Shown: piece after piece, positions 14,301-25,900 of the stretch
How positions within the stretch are numbered: the first letter of the stretch is position 1
Layout: the number at the start of each line of letters is the position of its first letter
Assembly (NCBI RefSeq): GCF_006345805.1
Contig: NC_043000.1
Location: forward strand, 108,686,001-108,750,000
Direction of reading: 5' to 3'
DNA: 64,000 nucleotides
DNA from: Octopus sinensis
Taxonomy: Eukaryota
Made by a program: the position numbers and the translations under genes
Notes under the pieces: model-generated
The model's database searches: none
Told to the model about the DNA's origin: nothing
What the model saw: the letters and a program-made list of their open reading frames with translations, nothing else

Positions 14301-15626
14301 TAGTTGGGGTAAACCCCTCCAAAATATCTGTGTCTGCATGAGACAGATTTAGTTACTAGTGGAACTTTAAGCAAATGAAACACAAGGATGTGAATTGGTT
14401 ATTTTTTTAGCCATCGTAAGAAGAGAGAAAGGAAAAAGCAATTTTGTGTGTGTGTGTGAGTAAGATTGTGAAGTTGTGTTTCAATTTTCCATGATGATGA
14501 TGATGATGATTGGGGATGTAAATTATGTTTGTATTTGTACATGTCAGACAGATGTCCATTAAAGAAAAACAGGAACAGAATAGATTGATGAATAACTGTG
14601 TGTGTGTGTGTGTGTTTATTAGTTACTACTGACATGTTTAATAACAATAAAAAAAAACTGAAGAGTGCAATGGAAAATTATGACTGCCACAAGCATCCCT
14701 TTTATGTGCAGTAAACAATGGGGTGTCCAAGTAACAATTCTAAAGACAAATATAATTTGGGTGGACACACACAAACGTAATACACTGATAGACACAGGTG
14801 TGGCAGGTGGGTTTAAGAGATTTGCTTCCCAATCATGTTGTCTTGGTCCCAGCTCTGCAGTGTACCTCCTTGGGCAAGTGTCTTCTATTATAGCCCTGGG
14901 CTAACGTAGGTGTGTGTGTGTTGTGAACGTGCATATAGATGGTATGTTAATGTAAACAGGAGAGTGTAAAATAAAGAAAAATCTGTTTGAGAGAGAAAGT
15001 GAAATAAACATGTCTGCGAAAAGGCGCAGCTCTGACTGACAACAGATTGGTGAGGAGTGGAGGCCAGCTGTGTTGGGTTGATGAGAACTGATTAAAGGGA
15101 GGAATGTAGAATAAGAAATTGGAGAGAAAAATGAGAGAATAACCAAAGGAGAGAGAGAGGGAAGAGGCAGGGAATTAAGGAATGAATGAAAACAGAATGA
15201 GGTGAAAGAGAAAGAAGAGGAGAGAGAAGGAAGACCTTGAAACCTTGGTGACAGTCTATGCAATGATAGAAGTTAAGAAAGACTAGGATAGACTTGTCAT
15301 GAAAAAACAAATCTTTTGAAGCCCCAGAAAAGTAGAGAGAAAAAAACGAAAAAAAGCTCCATATCTTGCATTAATAAAATGACAAGAAAAAAAGCCAACA
15401 ACGAACAGGTTGGTCCTGAACCAAGAGATCAAAGTTGCTTTAGCCAAGAGCCTTCTATCTCGAGTGCCTACATTGCCAATCTGTTCTATGATTTGATAGG
15501 GATTCAGCTGCTATTTCTTGCAAGTCCATGCACCACACTGCAACAATTACTCTAATAATATAAAAAGTGAAATTCTTTGCAGTTCTTTCACAGCAGACTG
15601 AACAATGTGATTGCAGAACATTAAGA

Positions 15627-15850
15627 CAGCGAGCTGGCAGAAACGTTAGCACGCCGGGCAAAATGCTAAGAGGTATTTCGTCTGCTGTTACGTTCTGAGT
15701 TCAAATTCCACCGAGGTCGACTTTGCCTTTCATCCTTTTGGGGTTGATAAATTAAGTACCAGTTGCATACTGGGGTCGATGTAATCAACTTAATTCCTTT
15801 GTCCTTGTTTATTCCATCTGTGTTTAGCCCCTTGTGGGCAATAAAGAAAT
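15627..15850 (+). mobile_element. tRNA-derived SINE (same family as 4403-4625)
   Basis: Colinear with the other copies from gagctggcagaaacgttagcacgccggg to gccccttgtgggcaataaagaaata. Confidence 0.85.
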
Positions 15851-15859
15851 AAGAACATT

Positions 15860-16060
15860 GAAAGCCCAAGTTCTGCTGGGCTGAATATCTTGCAAGTGGA
15901 CCTGCACAGATGCTGAGGGACATCCAAGACCACATGGAAGGCCTCCACAACGATGGGGAGACAATTTAAGTGATTTGGGACAAGATGGAGAGGAATGGTG
16001 CAATCAAGAGAGAATTGGAAGAGCATTGGGACCAGCAGTGTACAAGAGTATCTGAGGGTC
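15860..16060 (+). mobile_element. Degenerate RTE-type LINE C-terminal fragment
   Basis: PRPHGRPPQRWGDNL motif (RxxGRPxxRW). Confidence 0.45.
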
Positions 16061-16425
16061 TGTTTAATACTGTGACCGAAAAAAGTGGGTGGCGGTAGTA
16101 GTAGTTATTGTTTAGCTGCAAGTGAGCCTTAACTGAGCAGCCTTATCATCAAAGACTTTTACAGCCATAACCATCTTGGTTTCTTGTGCCTCAGACACTA
16201 CCTTTTCTAATGGATCTGGCTTATTTAGGCTGTTATTTGAAAGTAATTTGGTTAATGTTGACAGGTGAGTAACTACAAAGAGGTTCCCTCCTTCAAAGGT
16301 AAGTCATTGTTGCTGTTTCGCCAGGATTAAATAGACACATCACCAAAGGTGTTCCAACCATGGCCATCCTACAGTTTTTTTTTCTCCCTTTTTTACACAT
16401 CTGGGATTGCTTGCTTTCTGTAATG

Positions 16426-16592
16426 CAGGCTTGGGCAACCTTTTTTGAAAAGTGGGCCACATGAGACATGGTTCATCATCAGATGGGTCACACAACTAAA
16501 AAAATTCAAAATAATTTCTCATTAGGTGTGCCATTTAGAAAGTCCCCAAGTGCCACATGTGACCCATGTGATCCACAGTTTTTCCATTACTG
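16426..16592. mobile_element. hAT-like MITE
   Basis: Left end CAGGCTTGGGCAACC, decayed right end ...gtttttccattactg; 8-bp flanks ctgtaatg / ttctaatg match at 6 of 8. Confidence 0.45.
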
Positions 16593-18749
16593 TTCTAATG
16601 TGTCCTTCCTTTTTCTTATATAGATGGTATAATGGCATGCAATGTATAAAGGGAATCAATTTGAGGGAGATTTGGCTGCTATTCCTGGCTAGCTGAGCAA
16701 CTGTAAAGATGGTTCTTCATCAGCAACAGTGAAGTGTTATGTTGTTGTTGGGATGGTGGTGGGTAGATATGTGAGAAGAAAGGGTTTAAACGGAAAGGGG
16801 TGAATTCCCAGAACAGAATGGAAAGACAACATCAAAGTGAATTCTTTTGAAGCAGAACTGATAATGGCCTTCTCCTGCTGCTATTGCCTGCCTCCCACAT
16901 TTCTGGCTCACCAAATGTTACTTTAGACCCCTCTCCATAACACAGCGGATTCCACATGACAACGGAGGAAGAAAGAAGAAAGAAAAAGGGAATTTAGTCA
17001 AGAGATTCCTATCAAGTTAAGGTTCTATTTGGGGGCAGCAGAATGGTGGGGGGATGAGGAGGAGAGAAATAGAGTGGGGAGGGGGGTCTAAAATTCATTT
17101 AATGTTTGTTTTACATTTTACTGAGTTGTTTTTCTTTGTTATTTATTCTATGATCTTTTACTTGTTTCAGTCATTGGATTGCAGCCACTGTCATGAAGAG
17201 CTTTACTTGAACAGATCAACCCCACCCCCAATACTTATTTCTGTCAGGTACATATTCTATCGATCTCTTTTTGCCAAACTGCTAAATTATGGGGATGTAA
17301 ACATGCCAACACTTGCTGTCAAGTAGGGAGATGAACACAGACACAAACAAATATATATATTATATATATGTGATGTATATACACTGTTATAGCGAAAACC
17401 CCAAGTCTTACCCAGGGTTTCATGGCCAAAACATTTTATTTTGCCATTTTTCAAGCTGAGAACAAAACCGTTTGTCAGTTGCTACACTGGGCAGATGTAT
17501 TTCACAAGACTTGGTGGCTTTCATCATAACATTATCTTCACTCCCTTAGCTGATCGACTGCTATTCTACTTGTAGCCTTGCCACATTTTATTTATATATA
17601 TATATATATATAAGTTTCAGCGGAGTTTCTTTTTACCAAATTCATTCACAAGGCATTGATTAGCCTGGGTCTTTAGTAGAAGACACTTGCCCAAGGTGCC
17701 TTATGATGGAACTGAATCTGAAACCATATGGATACAAAGTGAGCTTCTTAACAACATAGCCATGCTTTTTCTTTTTCTTCTCGAAATTTATATCTTCAGA
17801 TGGAGAAACAAGTCGTGTAGCTTAAAGTGTTAGATTCTTATTAGCTCAATTCTTATTACTGTCTTAAAACAAACAAGAAAGCTCAGGTGTTCAAACCCAC
17901 GTACGATCAAAGTCTTTTAACCCAGTAAACAAGCACAGTATGTTATTCAGCTTGCATTTTTTTATGAATATTAATGGAATGGCTCGTGGCCTTTTCTCCA
18001 AGATGAGAAAGCTCAATACTGTTTGCATTCTTTTTGGAAAGTTGTAAGTTGAGGATTACAAGAAAAATATGAATAGGGAAGGAAGTGTAGGGAAGTGATG
18101 TTATGGAGAGGAAAGCCAGCCGGCCTTCATCAGTCACTGTCAAAGCTCTAGTCAAAAATAAATGAACTCAACAAAAAAAGTATTGAGCATTTTTTCAGTA
18201 TAAAGTTAATTTGTTTTTTATAACTTGAGATAAAAGCAAACATCATCAGCATCATCATTTAATACGTTTTCCATGCTGTCATGTGTTGGACAGTTTGAGG
18301 GAAGATGGCCTATCAGAAGACTGTGCTAAGCTCAGTCTGCTTCCGCATGGTTTCTACGGCTTGATGCCTTTCCTAATGCCAACCACTTAACAGCAGCTGT
18401 GAGACCAGCAAATAATTTAAAAGACCCTCAAATGAGATGAGGTGAAGGAATAGTATTGCAGACGGTGGTTTGTGCCAGATGAGAGTTTAGGGTTGAGAGA
18501 CAAAAACAGGCAACTGCAGTAAAGCAGAGGGAGAGAGAGAGAGATGGTGGAGATGTGATGGACGGGATACACTCAACTTACAGGGAGGTGAATATAAGTG
18601 AAACCAAGGATTGTTGTATAGGGTGAATGGATGGGTAAATTTGCATGATTGTTAATGTATATTGAAAAGTAAAGCCTCCAAACGTCAAGGTCTTTCCCAC
18701 CATGCTAACTAACATTGCTTCCACACAGTAACTTCAATAGCTTTGTCAC

Positions 18750-18930
18750 AGCTGCCAGATAAAAGGTGGCTGAATCCCTCAAACATTTTCTATAAGAGAC
18801 TTGCATGCAGAAAGAGGACTGTTGGCAATCGTCAGCTGTGCTACAGGAATATCAGCAAGAAGAACATGAGAATGATAAATGTTGACATGGAGTGGTTGGA
18901 GACGCCACTGATGACTGCAACATATGGTGA
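18750..18930 (+). mobile_element. Degenerate RTE-type LINE C-terminal fragment
   Basis: LPDKRW...FY..LACRKRTVGNRQLCYRNISKKNMR resembles PD.R.PK..LYGEL..GKR..GR..LRYKD..K.DM. Confidence 0.5.
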
Positions 18931-19825
18931 AGTTATCCCTTGTTATTTGTTAAGAAGTGTGAGCCTATCCGTTTCTACATGCATGTGTGAATACGTACAT
19001 GTACAGTTTGTTTATTTTCTGGTACAAAAACATAAAAAGTGTTCAATACAGTCATGTAATCCTGTTTACTTTACACATAAATAAACACAGAAAGTGTAGA
19101 GAGAGAAAGAGTTTGAAAGAGAGGGAGAAAAATGCTGTATAAGATGTTACTGTTGCCTAAATACATCAGACATTCTGAGGCAGAATTTTAGGGCCCAGAA
19201 TTAGGTTGCCATAGGTTACACCAGCATGCTCTCCACCATTAAATGTCCACTTTTCTATGCTTGCATGGGTCAGACCGAATTGGTTCACACAGATTCTCTA
19301 TAGTTGGATGTCCTTGCTGTTGCCAACCCCAACCTGTTTCCAAGCAAGGTAATATTTCCCCTCCATGGCCAGAATTGTTTTTTTTTACACATTTGAAACA
19401 AACAACCTTGCTTGTGTTACGACGATGCTCATTTACAATCATTCAGTTAACGTTAGACAAGGATACACACAAACACACAATAAATGCCAGCATGGAAAAC
19501 AGATGCTTAAATGGTGGTCATAATAGGCTTCTTTCAATTTCTGCCTAACAAATTCACTCATATTGCTTTGGTTAGACATGGGCAAGGTGCCACACAAGGG
19601 ACTGAACCCATGACCACATGGTTTCCAACCAAGCTCCTTAACCACTTACCCACACTCGTGCTTAGCTGTACAATAAATATGAATTTAGAACAACTCCATT
19701 CTTATATTCGGTCTTGCATCAATAATTCAGATCTTCATATTTTCTTTTACTGCAAACTGATACTGGCCCCAAATCGGTGAGATCTTGTGAAAGTGCTTGC
19801 TGAACACCAAGTAAAAAATACTAAC

Positions 19826-19931
19826 CTGTGGATTCCAAGACAGTCCTGTAGTGTGGTATTCTTTGACGTAAGATTGAAGCTCTTTCAAGGCATTAATCCA
19901 AGCTTTGGTCCAATCAACATGAGTTGCATCT
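19826..19931 (-). CDS. CAP1: CAP exon, 106 nt ([35 protein letters not shown])
   Basis: Acceptor tttacttgtag, donor gttagt, phase 2 to 0. Contains HVDW.K.W...L.ELQ.YVKE.HTTGL.W, the end of the helical folded domain. Confidence 0.96.
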
Positions 19932-22900
19932 CTACAAGTAAACCAAAATCATCATAGTTATCATCATCATAATCAACAACACCAACACCACCCCCACCAC
20001 CATCATCATCATCAATAAGGATATATTTAAGTCTAATGATAAGGTTGGTGCTAATGTACATAATGTAGTGAACCAACAATCAATTCTGGTAAAGAAAGAT
20101 AGAAGATAACATCTGTGATTATATTTAAACAACACCATCACACACACAGAATCTAATGTAAGATATAGTCTCCAAGACTTCTAAGCACATTGGACTTTTT
20201 ATCTGGCAGTGGTGGACGAGTAATTTAAGCGGATTTGACTCAGACATCATTGATGCTTGCAGATGTCTTTTTGTGTTTTAAGATAAGAGAGGAGACAGAA
20301 AGGAAGAGAGAGCAGATCCTTATCAGGCCCTTAATTAAAGACAAATCAATTAAAAAAGAACTTAAATGATTGAACTGCTTTATTGACACAGAAGGGTAAG
20401 AACTTTGTCTCGTGTATCACATGGTGGCACATGGGGCAAGTGTCTTCTACTCTAGCTCCAAGCTGATCAAAGCCTTGCAGGTGGATTTGGTAGATAGAAA
20501 CTGAAAAGAAGCCCCATTAAGTGTGTATATGTGAGCGAGTGCATGTGTGTGTCTATTACTGTCTCCTTGACTTGACATCATCTGATAATTGTAAAAGAGT
20601 GCCACCATCATGCAAATGATGTCCATTTGCAGACTTCCATGAAAACATGTCTGGTCATTGAGGGAAATATTACTTTGCTTGGAAACAGCTGAGGTTTGGT
20701 AACAGGATGGGCAGATAATCTATGCCCCAAAATTCCATCCAATCCAATGCAAGCATGGAAAGTAGCATGAAATGATGATGATTTCATGTATGATAATAAA
20801 AATAACTCGAGACTTACTTCTCTTTGAATTCTTTCAGAACACGGTTGGTGTAGAACAGTGCTGAATCAGACATTTCCTTGATGTAAGATACTGGAGTATT
20901 CTGCAATTAAAGTAATTAAGTTCATGAAACCTCAACGACACAAGGAAATAATTATTTCATTTTGATAAATTGCAGCCAATTTTTGTTAGACAGGAAGAGA
21001 ATGGTTTTTCCCTCTTCATATTCTAAATTTATTCAACATAAAATTACTATTTTACATTTAATTTGCTATCAGCTTGTTAGTATATATAACGAATGGTGGG
21101 TAATTGCTGTTCTGGAAAGAGAATTCCAACTGCAGCAGTTTTACTTCACATCTATTAATCATCATCATCATCTTTTAACATCTGTATTTCATGCTGGCAT
21201 GGGTTGGATGCATTGACAAGGATCCAATGAAACAAAGGATTGGACTGTGCTCTGCTGTCTGGTTTCTATGGGTGGTGGATGCCCTTCCTAATGCCAACCA
21301 CTTTACAGTGTGTGCTACATGCTTCTTCCGTGCTACTGGCACTACTTAGGTCACCATAAAGCTCACAAGTCAACCAGCCGAGAGGTGGAGGGTGCAGTGC
21401 CTGTATGTTAGATGCAGGGTAATAATAAAACTTCTTTCTACAATAAACACAAAGCCGGAAATTTGCAGGGGTTGGTGGTAAAGCGATTACAATGACCCCC
21501 ATAATTCACCTTTGGAAACATGGGTGTTTCATTCAACAACCTTAAACAACCCTTATTCAGGGACCTTTTGAACAGGATGGGCTACTTGATCTAAAGAAAA
21601 TTCTAACTGGACTCCCACCTGCAAGGTCCTGCACTGTTTATTTTGGTATCAGATCACCATGTTGCCACATATCACATTTGGTTATGATGCATGTGCCTGG
21701 TGTACCTTTAATAGATGGGTAGTCATGAAGGGAAACTGGGCTTCGTATATTTTACCCCAGTGTCACTTTCATGACATGCACTGCTTTCTCACTCAATAAT
21801 AATAATTAGTGCAGGGTCCATGAATAAGATACTTGATTCTAGCTGACTGAGGGATTGAACTCTAAATAGATGCCTTAAGTCCAGTAGGGTTCATCTCTAG
21901 GAATAGTTATCATCATTGTTTTAATGTTCATTTTTGCATGGATCAGAAGGAATTTATTGAGGCAGGTTTTCTACAGTTGGATCCCAATCCTATCGTCAAC
22001 CCTTATCTGTTTCCAAATAAGGTAATATTTCTCCATGAACAGACATGTTTTCACAGGATATTTGAAAATGAATGACTTCCATTTACAACTATCACATGAT
22101 GTCAATACGAGACACAAATACATATATGCACAATACAGTGGGCTTCTTTCAGTTTCCACCTACCAAATCCACTCACAAAGCTTTGGTCATCACAGGGCTA
22201 TCATAGAAGACACTTACTCAAGGTGCAACATGCTGAGACTGAGCCAAAAAGCATGTGGCTGGGAAGCATAGTTCTTAACAACATGGTTCTGCCTAGTATA
22301 AGTATTTCTTGGCTTGTAACCCTAATTTCAATTTCTCCCATGAGTCTAGAAAGGGCAATGAGAATTTAACTGAAAAAACTGGTGTGGAAAAAATGTTGTA
22401 CTAAGATTTAACAGTGAATTAGGGGATGCGACTTATACATGAGCAAATACAGCGTTTCTATAGTAACCCTATTGCAACAAAAACTGTATTTTAACAGAAA
22501 TAGAGAAACAGAATGATTAAAGTAATATCTTAAACATTACCCCAAGATCACAACTAAAAGTTGTAGAAACAGCATTAAAAATTACTCAAACAACAAATTA
22601 GGAAAGTTAAGATACCCTCAAAACTCTGCTTAAATTTCTGTGAAAATAAAGTACAATAAAAAATGGGAACTTACCAAAGTTACCCATCCAAGCGCTGGGA
22701 TTGATTCACTGATGGCTGATAAATGGTTAAAGTATGGATCTCTACGGTTTTTCTCACGCAATTCCTGAAAGAGACAAAACATAATTGGTAAACAAAATTA
22801 CTTGGAGATTTTTATATAACATTTCTGTTTTACTTATTTATATATACAAGTTTATATAGACACATACCCATATATATACAAGTTTATATAGACACATACC

Positions 22901-25900
22901 CATATACATACAAGTTTATATAGACACATACCCATATACAAGTTTATATAGACACATACCCATATATATACAAGTTTATATAGACACATACCCATATATA
23001 TACAAGTTTATATAGACACATACCCATATATATACAAGTTTATATAGACACATACCCATATATATATACAAGTTTATATAGACATACCCATATATATACA
23101 AGTTTATATAGACACATACCCATATATGCGCCTACCCCCATATACACACAATGATTCAATAATTTCCCAATTAACAGTGTGGCTTTTGCTTTGATTAGAT
23201 CTTCTAAAATAAAATAATACAATAGTTCCAATGCTAAAGTGTAGCACCCTTAGTTTGTCTTTAATTTATATTTTTAATATAATATTCTATTTTGAGATAA
23301 ATGATTAATTTTCTGCCTTAGATGTAGACCCGTATTCCCACACTTTTCTCCTTTGGTATGACAGGGAACAGGAAAGGAAAAAAAAAAAAAAAAATTAATG
23401 CCTCCAAATTCCAATGAAAAGTCAGTGGGTTAGCAGGAAGTTCTAACTGCTGTTGGCCATGGAATGGTTTCCCTAAGTAGTCAGGATTTAAGAGACAAAT
23501 AAATTATAAATAGGTTAAATGTGATAACTGTCTTCTAGATGTAGGTCAATGTGTCTACTTGGCCATGCCACAAGAAATTAACACTGCATCTCCTCACTAA
23601 CATTTAACCCTTTAGTGTTTAAACCGGCCCAAATATTCTAAAAGTTTTATATTCAAACTGGCTATATCTAGCCTCTCACACATAACCTACAATGTCATGC
23701 TAAAAATAAACAATCACATCACTGAAACCTCAAAGCTACAAGATAATGCATGATTAATTCAAAACAATTTGAGTGAAAAAGTATTACATTTAACAGAGTA
23801 ATCTGAACACTAAAGGGTTAATGTCCACTTTTTCTTGCTTGCATGGGTCAGACAGAATTTTGGGGGATGGATTTTCTATGGCTTGATGCCTTACCTATTG
23901 CTAACAAACACCCATTACCAAGCAAGGCAATATTTTCTCATAGCTAGACATTTTTCATGGAACACTTGAAATGATAGAACACCTATATGATTTGTTTACA
24001 ACCATAGAATGATGTCAAGACAAGGACACACAAACACACACATGCATACATATATGACAGGCTTCTTTCAGTTTCCATCTATCAAATCCACTCACACAGG
24101 CTTTGGTTGGCCTGGAACTATAGTAGAAAACACTTGCTGTACAGTGGGACTGAACTCAAAACTACACGGTCACGAAGCAAACTTCTTAACAACGCATCTG
24201 TGCCTACACCATGCCGGTGTGTGTGTGTCTATCGATATAACAGATGACAGAAGTTTCATGGTAATGAGTGAAGAAGAGGATGGTGGTACTATGGTGGATT
24301 ACTAGGTGGAGTTATTCGATGGGGAAGGTAGCATCCATGATTCTTCACAAGTTCTCCAAGACTAGGGGGTGGAGAAGGGATGAAGGTATCCTGAAACTGA
24401 AATCCTGAACCAAAAGTTTGCAACAGGGTGGACTTTGCTAAAGGAATCCAAGGCACCAAGTGATTAGGTTAAATCTTTACTTGAGTGAAGTATAATGTCA
24501 ATCACTTGGTTAACTTTATGGTGATTCATAACCACACCTCAAGCTATCTATGACCATGCCTGTGTCTTTAGTCATACCTAAAGTCTAAAAAAAAAAGAAC
24601 CAATTTTCACCCCAGCATATTCTCACTAACACAAAATGAATGGCATATGCCATGAAAGGCAGCGAACATAATAAAACCTGTCTCAGTAAAATCCAGATGA
24701 ACACATGAAGACATCTTACCTGAATGGCTTGCAGTTTAGAGCTTGTCGGATTCAAAAGGTGGTTCATTTGATCCTGAGAAAAAACAAACAAAAAGCAATA
24801 TTTAAACAGTCATGGAATAAATTCAGAAATGCTATTTTCACAGTTTTTAGCTGAATTTTTAGCAAAATAGTTTCAAATAATAAAGCAGAGCCCTAACTCA
24901 CTGGCAAGTATGAATTGAGAGCATCGATAGTGCTTTCACTGTTTTAGGTGTCTACAAAGTTAGGAACAAACATAATCTTGGTCATCCTGTTGTTCTTGAC
25001 TCAGCATGACACCAGGGATGTGATAACTGGAGCAAGAGAGAGGCAGAGCAGGAACGATTCAAGGCTCAGTTAAAGAAAAATCATTCTAGAGTGGTGGAGT
25101 GGAAGCTGAGCAGTATTCAATGCTGCTCTTTGTGTTCCGAGCTCAAGGCTCATACTTATTTTTCAGTAAACTGGAGCAATGCAAAATGAAATACCTTGCT
25201 CAAAGAATTTAACCAACGATGTAATGATCACAAGTCCAACATCCTAACCACTAGGCTGCATGTCTTTGCAGTACCAAATACATTGACAATGCATATTAAC
25301 TTCATCTTGTTTTAGGATAATTATTATCAGCCAGGGTAAACATCAAAGGAAACCTATGAACTACCCAGCTAGCTGGCTTTCTTCAGTAAGGGGCTGATCG
25401 TTTTCTAAATGAGACACTGTAATTTGCTGCAGGGGACCACAAGGCAACAGTTCGGAGAATTTTGTAACTGAACACCTCTTTTCATAAAATGGTGTTCTCT
25501 AAACAAGGGTCTTTTAGTAACTATTGATGGCACAACAGCCTGGTTTGGAAGCATCTACAGTTGTAGACAAGTTAGACATAAAGACAAGAAGTAATTAGCA
25601 ATCTTTTATTTCAGTAAACTGATTGTTTTATTTTTGATTTGTGTTGTTGTACTTGTTCCTTCTTTAAATATACAGAAATATTTCAATGAAAATTTATTAT
25701 TTGTAAAATAATGGCCAGTGTATAGGTGACCTATACAGAAATAAAGAAACAACTTCTTACATTTGCTGGCTTTTTGCTGCGAGATACTTGAACAAGGAAA
25801 CTTCGCTGAGCATTGAAAGCCTCCTGCACCATGGCGGCCTGGAAGAAGACAAAAAATTATATCAACACACAGGATACTTCATGCAGTGAATTTCCATTAA

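Noticed and set aside
22841-23126. Regular repeats considered as a CRISPR-like array
   Set aside because: Head-to-tail units with no unique spacers, in eukaryotic intronic context.
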